Assembly (NCBI RefSeq): GCF_018977255.1
Contig: NW_024704757.1
Coordinates: 7,874,001-7,938,000 of the forward strand
Direction: 5' to 3'
Source of the DNA: Callorhinchus milii
Taxonomy: Eukaryota
Length of the DNA: 64,000 nucleotides
Below the pieces are notes generated by a model. That model saw only the letters and a program-made list of their open reading frames with translations, had not been told where the DNA came from and did no database searches. The translations under genes and the position numbers were made by a program. Below are positions 24,121 to 38,367 of this stretch, piece after piece; the stretch's first letter is position 1, and the number at the start of each line of letters is the position of its first letter.

Positions 24121-27100
24121 TGATAATAATAATAACCCTTGCATTTGATATAGTGCTTTTCACGTCTTCTAGATGTCTCAAAGCGCTTCACAGAATAGAC
24201 TGTGATGGGTTAAAGAGGTGTCAATGATGCAGAACAAAGGAGCGGATTGCAACACAGCAGGAGAACAGAGGTGCAGAACAAAAGGGGGGAAAGAACTTGC
24301 AACAAAACAGGCAGATCTGGGACCAAGATGTTGTGATATGTCTTTATTAGTATATTAGATATATGTATCTTTTTCCATCACCTCCAAAGGTTTCTCCTTT
24401 GCTCCTAAAGGCGGTGATTCCTGCTCTCGTGCTGGTGTTCACCCAAGTGCCCGCACAGTGAGTGTTGACAAGTTAACTCAACCATAGAGGGGCATGGCCA
24501 AGCCCAATCCTGTTCTCAACAGTTGCCAAGAGACATGTGACCTTTCCAGCAGGGATCACTTGTTAACAGCGAGCAGTGGTTGTCATGGCTGAATTAGCCC
24601 TCCTGGGTAGAGCTATTAGCAAAAAGACTCTGAATCTGCCGGATCTGCAAGGCTCAGTTTCACACCGAGTAGGGAGCAAATGTTCCTTTTCCATTTATTG
24701 CACAACAGTGAGGAGTGTTTACCAGTCAATGTTCTCCTGGTGTAAACAGGCACATTTAGCAGGAAGATTACATTTTCAACCATCTCCAACCATACCTGAC
24801 ATACAAAATGTGGTTACTAGCTCAAAAAACAGGCCATTTCCCAGCACTACTTCAATTACAAGCATGTGCTGGAAAATGGACTGTTTCCTGATATGTACAT
24901 ACAAAGTTATTTATGTGCCATTACTATGACATTGAAATCAGCCAACTAATTTGCACTTACAATATTGTGAACATCTGGATTAAAATGAGCCTTAATAAAA
25001 GTGTTATGCTGCAGTAATGTCATCACACTGACATCAGTTGACAAATGTTTTCGGGTTACAAAGATACTCACGGAAGTCAATTTTTTCCATTTAAAACTAC
25101 ATACTAGCCAGGCCCAATTTTGTTCATAACCGTCTTAGTTTAAAAATGCAAGCATATTTTTTGGAGTTAAACTTAACGTGAAAGCAATAATTCAGCTGCT
25201 TTTGAGTATCTTAATATTGAAAGTATCGAAGAAATGTTGAAAGAGATGACCGTGGAAGCGGAAAGGTAACATTTATTCTATGTACAAATTATTCAGTGGT
25301 TCTCTTTGTTAAGATGAAACACCAGTAAACAGTCCACCTTATGAAAAGTCCAAAAAGGCTAAAAATAAACACTATTATACATTTTTCCACTAGATGGCAT
25401 CTGCATCCACACTAAAATACAGCATGCCGACTCCTTGAACAGCAAAATAATAGTCCTTTCCTGATCGTTTCAAATTAATTTTGTCCATAAATAAAAATAA
25501 GACTGTAGCAATTACAAATATAATAACAAATTGAAATAAATACAATCTCAAAACATATTTTTTCCTATGGCCACAACATCTAAATAGAGGTTAATAATGT
25601 CTCAAATTTCTGTGAACATGCAGTACAAATGCTTGCAAGCAAGAGTTTACACATCTCATTCAATTGTAAGGGCTCGTTCTGTATGTGACTAAGCTTCCCA
25701 TTGGCAGACAATTGTTGGAACGAGGGAAGATAGCTTAAAAAAGTAATGTGAATAGGCGCTGGGATGCATTGCATTACCTTTTCAGTCAAAAAAGTGCCAG
25801 TTCAGAAATACGTAACAGTAACTAAACTCAGAACTCAATCCAAACCCGTGGCTTGGAAACTAATTTATTGCTTTGACAACTAATTCAAAGATTAATGCAA
25901 TGACAACAGATTCTCTCTCGATGTAATTCATCAAAATTTGGGAAATGACAGCTTTTGCAAACCAGATGCTGAGATTTATCAAAGGAAACGGTTTACTTGT
26001 GTTTTGCAGTGTCAAATTAGAGACAAATTGTTCAACTAACCGTTGGCTGGTATCAGTGGTGGATGTTTACCTTCACCACAGAACTAGCCATCAGCAAACT
26101 GCACTATATAGTGCCCCCATGTGGATGATCAAAGTATTTCTCATCAAGGAAGCACAGTTTATTGTCCTCGGAATGAACAACGTTTTAAAATAAAGTTCAA
26201 CAGTGAGAACATTTTGATACCTTATTCTTTTATCGATGTCAATAAACTGCACAAATTTGTCAATAAAATCCCCCGAATAAAAGTGATATTTTATATCACT
26301 CGTGTACATTTAATGCTGCAGTAATCAAAACTAAAAGAAACAGAACTTTCAGGTTGCCAACTTGCTGGTGTGTGGAGAGGATAAATAATACTAACAATAA
26401 TAAGATGTCTCAAAGCACTTCACAGAATATACTGTAAAGTGAATTGACTGTACATTTTGTAGGAATACAGCAGCCCATCTAACCAGTACCAAAGTAAAAA
26501 AAAGACTTTCTTTTTCGCTCTCTTACACATTCGATTGATTTCTTCCCAAATAGCTATCTAATTTCCTCCTGAATTTACTGACAAAATCTACCTCGACAGC
26601 CATACTGGTAATTCAGACAGAGAATGAGCGATGTCAAGGAAATGGGTGGATTAACAAACCACTGTTAAAAAAATGAAGTTATGAAGGTGGTGCATATATT
26701 TTGTTAGAAGGTTCTGCCCTAAATGGGAGTTTCTTTTTCCAAAAGCACTGGGTACCTTAAAATACATCCAAATATCCATAAATCTTTCAATGTGGTTAAT
26801 TTCCTTTCATGTTGGGTCACTTGGCAGCACTATAAAAGTTTTGACTGGCTCCTTGTCGCTAACCATAATAAAGACTGGTGTTAACCTGCATCTGCTTCCA
26901 CAAGCATAATGTAGGATAATGCTTTGACTACAGATCTCATGAAACACTGATCCAGTGGTACTCAAATTCAATGGAAACCTTGCTCGAGCATGCCCATGGC
27001 TATCAGCCACAAACAGGAGAGAAGAAAGAAACTATCCATTTCCTTGACATCGCCAATGCTCACTGCTGGCAACAAGTCAAACACTGCAACTCTGGGGCTG

Positions 27101-28952
27101 GCTAACATTCAGGGAATGGAAGGAAAAATAAATCAATGGCTTCTGTCGTTGCAAATGGAATTAGAACTAAGCTGGTTGATTGAAACCTTTTTAAATGTTA
27201 CCTGGCAATGTCAGAAAGGTAAAACAAAACAGCTATGTTAAACAAAACATTAGGTAAAACTTCAAGGTTTAAATGACGTGTTTACAAACGAATGGAGTGC
27301 AACAATTCAGAGGAAGTGATAATGATAGATTTGTGTGTCAGATCTCTGCAGCTTACTTGTTGAGCTGCTTGTGAGGATACGATGCAATGTGTGTGAGAAA
27401 CGACACGAAGCACATCAGAGAGAGAGAGAGAGAGGATGATTTGGTAAAGCATGCAGTAATGTCAAAGTTTAAGCACTTGACATATTTACTTTATGAAAGC
27501 TGTGAAAAACTCAAAATAATTTATTTTTAAAAAAATAAGTGGAACAACCAGTTACTAGCAGAGGTTACAGTCAATGCCACTGTTGTTCACTTACTGGCAT
27601 TTTGGCTTAGACACTGTGGTACAGTTTGCTTAAGTGAGACTTGGCAAAGTCAAGCAACAACGTTAAAAAAATTAAAAAGTTCACACAAATCTTTCATATT
27701 TTTATTGGAGTCACTGCTGTATTCACCTGGAGTTTTAGTTGAATGAGCTGCAACTATTAACTGCGAAAGCAAGGACTTTATGCTGGAAAAGTTTCTTGAA
27801 AGTAGCAGTGTTCATTATTATTAATGATAAAAATAATAATCCTTGCATTTCATATAGCACTTTACCACATCATCAAAACATCTCAAAGTACTTCAAAGCA
27901 TTTTACTGTAAAGTGTATTTGTAGGCGGACAGAAGTGGAAGACTTTGGATAAAGACTGTGAAATTTCATGAAATATAAACCACTGAACAATTATGAGTTT
28001 AAAGCAACCAAGTTAGGCATTATATTTATAAACACCCACTTAATTACATTTAAAAAGGAATACGCTTTGCATGGATATTTCAACCAGAGGTGAGTCGAGG
28101 TGCACATGCATAAAACTGATACAAGACACTGCAGGTGGTGAGAGCATTTGGGCCATAGTAATAATAGCACTAATAGCCGTGAATATTCAATACCAAGCAC
28201 CAGAGGAGAGTAAGCATTTTGTATAAAACAGACACATGCAAGTGCTGCCTCAGCCTGAATTGCTGGAGGTTCATGGAGTGAACTTGCTGGAGTGCTTTAA
28301 AGAGATGAAAAGTCCAATTTATACACTGCATACACCCTTATAATAAAAAGCACTGCCCGTTATCAATGGTAGGAGTATAGAAATAGGATATACAGCTGAC
28401 TGGGACTCAGAGGGCACAACTGAATGCCACAAACGAGTGAGTCACAAATTCTACTCTGAACACACACAATAATTCCACTGTAAAAGTTGGTTGGGACCAA
28501 CTGAAAAAGTCCAAATGCAAGAATAAATATAAAAGGAGGCCAGGAAAAAAGCAACCAGACACTGAACAGAGTGGATGCGTAGAACAGGACAGCTAAACAA
28601 TGTGTCATCTGACCCAAATGTGCTTAGCGAGTAGTACGTTCAAGAGGGAGACTCAATGGATCTGTGTAAATGTATCTGCTAAACATGGCACTGAGGCACA
28701 GACTCAGGAGGTCCCAGCATCACCCTATGCAGTCTGTGCTGTTTGCAGATCTGTCAAGCTGGAGGCAACGGCACTACAATTGACTAGGTCTCTCCTGAGC
28801 CACGAAGGAAAAATAGTTAGCCAGCATTCCCACTTTGGACTGATATGTATTCACCACTGATTGAAAGGGATTGTGTTGACATCTTGCAAGCCTGATCAAG
28901 CTTCCAATATTCACAAACCAGCAATGATCATGGGTTAGGTGCTTAGAAGGCT

Positions 28953-29303
28953 GCCAGGACTGTACACCAGCATGAGACAGTACCAAGGGGTGAGAGCGCG
29001 AGCAGAAGATAGAAAGAATCTATCACCAGCTTTTTAAAACATCTAATTGTTTCAAAGAATGATGCCTTTGGTCAAAATGACCTCAGGGAGTTGAACTTTT
29101 AAATCTTCATTTGCTTGAATAAGGGTTTTCAATGCCTGAAGTTTTGGATTCCAGCTACGCTTCAGTCGATAAGACCCAGTCTTACTCATGCACACTCAAC
29201 CTCTGATGCTCCAGTGGCAGCTCCTTGGTGGTCTCAGGGGTATTTATCTACTTCCCCCACAACGACATTCACAAGCAACTCAGGCGTAATGAGATGGATA
29301 AAG
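28953..29303 (+). repeat. Local direct duplication, copy 1 (~350 bp)
   Basis: gccaggactgtacaccagcatgag...caggcgtaatgagatggataaag, closely matching 30188-30530. Confidence 0.95.
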
Positions 29304-29798
29304 ACAACTGGTGTCAGAGTGAAGGAAACACACAGGTTGTGAGAAAGTGCTCCAATGTACAGTGCCAAAGGCTTATTGCTGCCTCACCAACCCTTTACAT
29401 TGGAGCTGAAAAAAATCACTCGGCTTCAACAGCTGGTCACCTCTCCTATTTGCTTACAATTTAGATACAAGTACTTAATGATGGAGAGATCAAAAAGGAG
29501 GTGTTTCATATACAAAGGAAGAGATAAACTAATAGGTTAGCCTGAGCTGATGCTTCGATTGCACTTTAACTCCTTCCATAAAGGAATCACTAGAAAGAAG
29601 ACAGAAACTTGTGGCATTCTTTCTCCTCTCAGATTTGGAGTCCTCTGTGTGGTAGTTAATAATAATAGGGTGATCTGTAATACATGTTTTGCTAGTGGTA
29701 AAATCTGCTACACTTTTATAATACTGTGGTTTAAATGCATTATGCACAGCACACTTAATAATTATTTGGTTAGAATGAGAAGGAAAAACATCAGTTAC

Positions 29799-29990
29799 CT
29801 AAGACAGTTGTTTGAATGTCCCTCTCTGGATCATCCATATGAACCAAAAGCCCACGATACAGGAATTCAATGTGGCTCCTGAACAATATCCTGTCATAAT
29901 CATTTCCAGTGCAGTGAAACCAAATGGCAAGAGCTTTGGCAGCTTCCACCCGCACTTCATCCAAACCATCGTCCATACGCTTCAGAAGTT
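29799..29990 (-). CDS. DNAAF5: DNAAF5 coding exon (approx. exon 12)
   Basis: (E)LLKRMDDGLDEVRVEAAKALAIWF...HIEFLYRGLLVHMDDPERDIQTTVL; attag/gtaact; 192 bp, phase 1-1. Confidence 0.96.
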
Positions 29991-30187
29991 CTAATTTGAA
30001 ACAAAGAGACACAAATCTCATCAGTGATGGTTACAACCTGCATTAGTGAGAAAATGTTCTTTCAACAGAACAAGAAATTCAACATTGATCCATTTAAACT
30101 AGAAGGAATAAACAACGTAGCCAAAGAGACAGATATAAAATCGAAATAGAACAAAAGTGAAGACTCTTTGTAACCTGCATGTACTAG

Positions 30188-30530
30188 CCAGGACTGTACA
30201 CCAGCATGAGGTAGTACCAACGGGTGAAGGAGGGAACAGAAAATAGAGAGAATCTATCACCAGTTTTTTTAAAACATCTGATTGTTTCAAAGAATGGCAC
30301 CTTTGGTCAAAATGACCTCAGGGAGTTGAACTTTTAAATCTTCATTTGCTTGAATAAGGGTTTTCAATCCCTGAAGTTTTGAGATTCCAGCTACGCTTCA
30401 ATCGACACGATCCAGTCTTACTCACGCACACTCAACCTCTGATGCTCCAGTGGCAGCTCTCAGGGGTATTTATCTACTTTCCTGCCCAACGACTTTCACA
30501 AGTAACTCAGGCGTAATGAGATGGATAAAG
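30188..30530 (+). repeat. Local direct duplication, copy 2
   Basis: Same start and end strings as 28953-29303, with scattered substitutions and a short deletion. Confidence 0.95.
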
Positions 30531-30675
30531 TATTACATTTATTTGCTTACATTTCAGTAAAAATCTATGGAAAAATCAATCTTGATAAAATCCCAATTGA
30601 GGAAAAAAGCCAGATATAGAAAATCTTATGTGGATGACAAGCTGTTTCTCACTCAGCATCTTAATTTGTAGTTAC

Positions 30676-30832
30676 CTGGGTAAATTTTATTGAGCTGGTC
30701 AGGGTTCAGCTGATTCCCACAAAGTTTCATAACGGTACTGAGAATACGACAAGCCAATGTTCGAGCAATTTTAGAGTCTTCATCCAAAGCTGAAATCACT
30801 TTTGGCACCAGATCCTCATATACTGTAAAAGT
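30676..30832 (-). CDS. DNAAF5: DNAAF5 coding exon (approx. exon 11)
   Basis: TFTVYEDLVPKVISALDEDSKIARTLACRILSTVMKLCGNQLNPDQLNKIYP; ttcag/gtaact; 157 bp, phase 0-1. Confidence 0.94.
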
Positions 30833-32045
30833 CTGAAGTAAAAGTTCAAGCATTAGAAACCATCATTACCATTATCACTGTGCCTGTTCCCTATCCGTAC
30901 ATAAAATAGTTATTTATACAGTTAATGGAATTAGATGGATTTTGTTACATTAAGAGTGAGCCCACAATGTCTGCTAGGAATTGAACCAAATTTTGCTAAT
31001 GTGAGTTGGGAATATGAACCAGACTGTTCATTATACAGTGCCAAGTGTTTGGTCAGGAACATCACAAATCATTTAATATCAAGTTGGCTCAGTTAGCAGC
31101 TCGTATGCCTCTGGGTTAGAATGTTACAAGTTCACATCCCACACCAGGACATTAACTAATCATGTCAGTAGGCGTTCTCGTGCAATACTGATTGAGCGTC
31201 ACAATAGGGGAGGTGGTATTCTTTAGATGCATCTGGTGATTCAAATGATGTTCACAGAGAATGATTTCAAATACAAACAGGGAAGTATCCAGTCTTTTGG
31301 CCAATATACCTTCCTGGCAATTCTATACCTATCATGCTGCAAAAATGTGGAGAGCAGCCAATTCATTTAAATCAGGATGGAAGGGGGGTGGGGGGTAAAA
31401 TTTGAATCAAGAGGTAATATAAATAAGGAAAAAAGACTCTTGAAATAGCAACAACAAGGCATTACGTCCACTTGAATCAAAATTATATCTGCGTTGCTCA
31501 TTTTTATTAGGTACTTGAATGGATACTCCAATGATTCCCTGGCAAATACAGAGGCTGTAGTTAATATTTGGGTCCGGAAACTTCCAGTTCAATGGCTGGT
31601 CTGCACTGAGTTATCAGATCTCAGCTGGGGTGTGTGTATGTGTGCTGGAATAGAACAGGATCAGGCTTTGCTGTGTTAAATACCATGTTGGCATTCCCTA
31701 ACTAGACTATGCTCACGAAAACCAAATGGTTCCGAGTAAGGTACTGATGCATCTGGTTTCATAGCCCAACACGAGTCAGCGCTTTCAATAGAGGAAGAAA
31801 AAGTAAAACTATCGGAATGATTGAAGGAATGAGAGGGGTCATGTCATATGAAAACCATCCATTCTTTCCTGATAGGATTTCATGTCAGTACTGGACCTGA
31901 GAATCTGAGCAAGTTCTTCGAGACCTTCAGCAATACAAAGGTAACTTTACTGCAAGGGCAATTTTTTTTTCTTTTTTTAGTTCTGATACAATCTTGGTTT
32001 TGAGCTGCTCATTTATTTCTGAACCATCTTCCATCTGGGATTTAC

Positions 32046-32196
32046 CTGTTGCTGTGTGAGAATCTGGCTGTGAAGCAGAGCCCACAGGCAAGATACAGCA
32101 ATCGTGCGGACAGCAGCTGCCGTCCTCCCAGCGTGCCACAGCAGATTAGGCACCAAAATATCTTTCACCAGCGTCTCCAGGTAGTTACTGAACTGC
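32046..32196 (-). CDS. DNAAF5: DNAAF5 coding exon (approx. exon 10)
   Basis: [50 protein letters not shown] (WHAGRTAAA motif); tttag/gtaaat; 151 bp, phase 2-0. Confidence 0.96.
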
Positions 32197-32909
32197 CTAA
32201 AGCAAAGGAAACATGGCAGTTAGCAGGGGAACAGCAAAGCAAGCTGTGGTGGAGTGAAGAACTGTAGAGGTGGAATTTTTTAATTTAAAATTTGTGTGGG
32301 TGGAAGGTCAGTGTGTTTCCAGCCAAATGATATTACAAAGTAAGTCACAGGCAAGTAGGGAACATTTGATGACTGGCTTTGCTCACTAGGGGAGAAATTA
32401 ATCTTACTGGTGTATCCAAATTGGAATGATAGTCTATTTATCTAATTATGGCTTGCATTTTGTGGGGTAAACTAACTTTTTATTCGCAATTGAACCTTTG
32501 TTACAAAACACCACCGCAGTACAACTGCCATATGAAAAACAGCAGGTACAACCACGGAGTTGTGTCCTGCTGTGCGCTACATCCATTTTGACAAATGCTG
32601 CAAGGTCAAGAGCTGGTCCAATAGAAAAGTGCAGAAATATTTGTTAAAGATTGTGGTGAGGTTTGTAAATTTTTCGGAAAATTGCAGGGGAATTTTTACA
32701 GCAAAATGGAAGGGAGTTGGTGCTATTGAGATACATTTTACTGCCAACCTACATTTTTTCACTTTATTGATAAAAACTAAATATAAGGAAATAACACATA
32801 TTAGATTGTTGCAAAAAAAACATTAATTGCTTCTTTAACAAAGACTGGGTGGCTTTTTTTGGGGGCGGGGGGAAACACCAGTGAAGCTACAGAAGCTCTC
32901 AGGGTCTAG

Positions 32910-33305
32910 GACAACACACAGAGCGAGAGACACACACTCACAGACACAGAGAGAGACGTACACACTCACACAGAGAGACGCACACATACACTCAGAGAGA
33001 GAGACACATTCACACAGAGAGACACACACACTCACAGACACAGAGAGAGAGACACATGCTCAGATACAGAGAGAGACACACACACTCAAGACACAGAGAG
33101 AGACACATTCTCAGAGAGAGATACTCACAAACACATAGAGAGAGACACGCACAGGCACACCCACACAGAGGAGAGGGAGACACAGACATACTCACAGACA
33201 CTCACAAACACAGAGAGAGACACACACACATACACAGACACTCACAAATGCATATAGAGAGACACACACACACTCACACAAACATACAGAGACACACAGA
33301 CAATC
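32910..33305 (+). repeat. Compound (CA/GA)n microsatellite
   Basis: cacacacagagagagac reiterations. Confidence 0.95.
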
Positions 33306-36149
33306 ACAACAGCAGTGACTCTGCTTGAAGCCCATTTGCCACTTGTGACGGACAGAGCATGCGTGCCTGGAGCTGCTCCGCCCACAGTGACATCAGGTAA
33401 ACAGCTGGGAGGCCCGCGGGCCAGAAACTACATGTTTAGCCCCGTCCTTCTCCTTTCTCGGACATTTATAGCGGGTTTGTAGCAGAGGGAAGTTTGTGGT
33501 GGATTCCGCGGAAAAAGTGCGGGCGCACTTTTCTATTGGCCCAGGTCAAGAGTAATCTACAAAAAGTCATATGATTAAAATGCACGTAGAAGTTGTTCAT
33601 TTAATTATTAACATATTACAAATCCCCCCAAAAGACTCATTGAAACTAATTTCATATCGTCTATAGTCTTGCAAAAACTATTGGTTTATAGATCGTTCAC
33701 TTTGTGGACTTTTGCAAAATAGATTCATTTACTAGTCATAAAAATCAGAAATTTCAACAATAGGAAGCTATTTTACACAATACTTGCTGGACAGTGAGTC
33801 ACAAAGGATCCAAGCCATATAATGTGCAGTTATACAGAAATACAGCGGCAGTCACCTCACAATCATGTCTCTCCCCCCAGGTGCCCTGCCCCCAATACGT
33901 CTTATCAATTGGTCAACATGAGATCGTTTGCAACAGTTCATTGCAAACAGTCATTAAATACAATTAGATCTAATCCTTATGGCAATTAAACCTAATTTTT
34001 ACAATTCCCAGCAATGGAAAAAATGGCAATACAATGCATATACAATTTACATATACAGTACCTTTTGCTTTGGGAGGACACCCAAGCTAGAGGCAGAGAC
34101 AATGCAAATGTTAAGATAATGATGCACCAAGGATTGTCTCAAGAACATTGCAAACAATGCATTTTTTAAATAACTTCCTGAATCAATTGAAGACTTGTGC
34201 AGATGTAAGGAAAGCTTCAAAATGAAGACGATATTTAAGAATTTGCCAATTCTGAACGCTCTGATTTGCTAAGTAAGCCAGATAAATTCAGATCTAGGTG
34301 GAATTTCTACCCAAGCTGCAATTCTGTTGAAATAAAAATCCCATCAGTTAACTCTTCATTTTAAAATAATACTGTTATTGTTGCAGGGCATTAGCATATG
34401 AAGCTGCTGAATGTAATAGTCAACATTTATTGATGTCACCATCAGCCGTCTCCACCTCTCTCTCATGTGAAAATACAGTGCGAGAATTAGCAGTCAGCAC
34501 TAGCTAATGTTGTTCCACAATTAGTTTGAAATAGAAGCTCAACTTCTACCCAGGGGAGGAGAGGGAGAACAGAGGAAAATTATAGCTCAGTCTGATCCTA
34601 CAGTCAGACGCACACAAACAGTTTAGTTGTTCACGAAATGCAACAAGCATTGCTAATTTTGCTCTCTCTAACCCAGTACTTTTATTGCTGCCTTATCTAA
34701 GATATCATATTTTTGGGGATAAGCAAAGGTCAGACTGCAGACTGTCCTACTTCCGGATTACAATGCTGTTCATGTAAGAGCTCATCACAATCTATGATCT
34801 TCTCACACTTGGGAAATAACTAATATGAAAAAGAGAGAGGGTGCTCTACTGGGAATCAGGTAGTGTTTTATATTTAACTTTACAACTTAAGAGGCAAACA
34901 AACCTGCTCTGGTTTCAATGCCCTGATCTGGATTTTTTTGTAAGAAAGTAGATGAGATGAACATCTGGTTAGGAACCTAATTGAGGGTTATAGGGCTAAG
35001 CCCAAAGAGATGATTGAAGGCTGTGTGGGACATAATGATTCCTCAGTTGTTAAGACCATGGAAATGTCAAGCCGAGGAAGGCAAAAGGTCATGGATGAAT
35101 AATGCAGGACGAAAGGTTAGAGGGGGTTTTCAGCAGTCACTTGATTTACCCTTGCGGGTGGGGAGAAATTTGAGGTATCTTTTCAGAAGATGAAACGGGT
35201 TGGATTGAGAAGATGACAGAGCTGGTTGTACATGGTCAGGGCAAGGAACAGACTTGATGAATTAATGGACTCTAACTTACCAAATTTGCAAGCCAGATCA
35301 TTGTGTTAATTGCAAAGTTCAGTTTGCTGAATTGACAGTGAAAATCGCTAACTGAATCCCAAATTCGGCAAAGTCTGAAAAAAGGCCAATGAGCAAGACA
35401 CCCGGCAGAATCGGCTAGTGTTTTACTTGCCTACCTATTTTGGGATATTGCCTACTTGGGGGAATGGTCTGATGCAAATTTTGCCAACCCAAAGATTTCA
35501 GATTTCTCCCTGTCCTCAAAAGGCATATCAAGCAACTCCTTGGATTGAACGGCCTTTCTCATTCTGTGCTATTTTTTGCTCTCAATGAAAAGTCACAGTA
35601 GGTTCCTCATGAAGCAGGATTGAGGGATCACTAACAGTAACATTTAAACTTTTTTTTCTCATTCTCAGAGTTCCGTTTTTTAAAAAAAAACTTTTAAATT
35701 TAATTTTTTTTAAAATTCCTTCCCTCTCCTGAAGGTGTTCAGTCTGCTGTGCTGAGATGTGACTCCACATACACCAGCTGTCACATGCTCCTTTGTGTGT
35801 GAGCTGAGACAGGGAGCACTCAATGGACTACTTAATGGACAGAAGTATCCTGCAGCTGGGCTTGACATGTCCTCACCGAAAGTGCATGCTATGCACTTTA
35901 TAGCTTGGGAGAATTGCAATCAGAAGTGGGAACCTTGGCTTGTCGCTCCCCTCACTGAATCCCCCCCCAACCTCCTTTTCTTCTGTCCAGATTCTAAGTA
36001 TAACTGACTTGACCGAGCTGACCGCACAAATGTAATGTGGATCAATAAAAAGCTCACCAACAATGGGGCTGGCATTTAGGTACTATAGAAATATGTTGGA
36101 TGATGATATATCTAGAAGTTTCTGTCAATCCTCGATTATTGACCACTAT

Positions 36150-36446
36150 ATAATAATAATCCTTGCATTTGATATAGCACCATCATGTCTTCTAGACATC
36201 TCAAAGTGCTTCACACAATATACTGTAAAGTATATTTGTGAACGAAACGCGGCAGCCAATTGCGCACAGCAGTGTCCCACAAACAGTCGTGAATTGAAGT
36301 GACCAATTTATTATTATTTTTTTTTGAGCCATTATTATCAGGCATGTGGAGTAAGGAAACTTGCCCAAGTTTTTGCCCTGCCAGGAATCAAACCCAGGTC
36401 TCTCGCTTGCGAGGCGAGTGCTCTAACCACTGAGCTACAGGACTCT
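36150..36446 (-). mobile_element. Full-length copy of the same SINE
   Basis: Reverse complement of the 48191-48510 element. Further copies or fragments at ~10358-10619(-), 19685-19845(-), 21035-21345(-), 51149-51442(+), 52205-52340(-), 56355-56470(+). Confidence 0.9.
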
Positions 36447-37649
36447 ACAAGGACTGGATATAGGATCCAGTCTATGTATTTTTCTGCGAAATTGAAAAGG
36501 TAGGGTTTGAAAGCAATTTAAAACGGGTTCTGGTTTAATCTAAGATACACCTCACACAGTCCAGTAGATGGAGCTCACTTAACACTGTTTTTGAAATGTT
36601 CTCAGCAAATAATTGTTGAGGCCATGGATGATTAAAGCGCTATACAAATCAGAACAGAATTAAAGGTAATTTCTTGAAACACTTTTAAAGGCATTTGTAG
36701 ACATTTGCTGAGATTGATGGATTACTTCGAGAAGGAAATATTGCTTTCAATCTACATAATAACTGAACCTGAACTGCTGAACACAATAATTCTACAAGGT
36801 GGTCTACACAATCAATGATCCCTCTCTAGTTTTGTCTCCATTTGTATTGGTAAGTGAGATGACTGATATGTAAAAATGTCACATCAAAGCACGGTGTTCA
36901 TTTTGCTTTGTACAGTTTTGCAGTTGGGATAAAAGCAAAAATGTTTTATGCGCAACCAATGGAGCAAAACAGGAAGGAGAAAATGAATCAATGGAGGGAA
37001 AAAAACTGAACAAGCGGCCACACACAAACAGTATAATGAACACTCAGTGTCTGGTAGTCTAAATGGTCTGGACAGTTCTCCCACACAACGGTTCGTGGCA
37101 ATGGATTCTAATGTGTGGGCTTTTGCCATGACAAAGAAACCTTGCACCTGCTGAACTTTGAATCCTAAACCTGTAAAATTCCATGAAAAATGGGTCTGGA
37201 AAACATTCCAACATGATAAACCACAATCTGCAGTGTGTGGGTAAGTCTTCCTTCATGTCTTTGGCCAAATTCATTTAAAATGAATCATCAAATGTAAGAG
37301 TAAGCACATGGAAACTTGCTGTACCTCACATCACAACTGGTTCCTTTGAAAAACTTTTTTTATGTACATACAGAGAAGAGAAAAAAATGGAGCAGCAACG
37401 CTTTACCAAAAATTAAACCGCTGAGTGAAGCTGCAGCTCATAATCTAACATTTATGTGTTGCAGTAATGATCCAGGGCCACCACACACAAAATAATTAAA
37501 AGGCTTGAATATTCCTACTTGAGAGCTATTCCCAGTACAGAAAGTGTTTTACAGCTGGGCCTACTTGTTCAACACTACATCAAGAAGCTGACACAATGGG
37601 AAGGTCACCAACTCAAAATCTCAGGTCAGGTGCACGCAATCCCTGTTAG

Positions 37650-38138
37650 TATCACAGAAGTCACTGGGAACACTCAGTTGGTCAAGCAGCATCCATGGAG
37701 AGAGGAAAATTAGTTAACGTTTCAAGTCTATGACTTTCCGACAGAACTGGGGGCTGTTGGAAAGGAGCAGATTATAAGGACAAGCAGAGAAGGGGGCGGG
37801 GAAAGAAAGATTAAGGAAACTTTTAGGTGGAGGTCAGAAGATGATGAAATCAGAGGTGTTGATAGTACAAAAAAAAGGCTCCCCTACATTGGGGAGACCA
37901 AACGCAGATTGGGTGATTGCTTTGACGAACACCTCTGTTCTGTCCACAAGTGCAACCCTGAGCTTCTGGTTGCTTGCCATTTTAATTCTCCTTCCCATTC
38001 CCACTGTGACCTCTCTGTCCATGGCCTCCTTTGCTGCTTGAATGACGCTCAACACAAGCTTGAAGAACAGTACTTCATCCACCACCCACTTCTTAAAGAG
38101 ATTATGGCCCTCTGGCCTCAACTTGATTTCAACCATTT
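37650..38138 (+). mobile_element. Penelope-like element remnant (GIY-YIG endonuclease fragment plus inverted terminal-repeat segment)
   Basis: 37883 onward reads YIGETKRRLGDCFDEHLCSVHK...VACHFNSPSHSH.DLSVHGL...KLEEQYFI, a GIY-YIG motif typical of Penelope-like elements. 37650-37860 is a terminal-repeat-like segment similar to 23905-24120. Confidence 0.85.
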
Positions 38139-38367
38139 CGTAGAATCATAGAATTATGCAGCACAGAAGGAGGCCATTCGGCCCACCGTGCCTGTGTCAG
38201 CTCTTTGAAAAGAGCTATCCAATTCAATCCCATTCCCCCGCTCTCTAAGTTAATCACAGTAAGCATACTCTACCAAGGTAGGTAATTTTGCCAACCACTT
38301 CAAATGCACCGCTTTAATTCCTTCCTCTATTTACAGATCTTAAAGCTAATAATGACTTTCCACCTAC

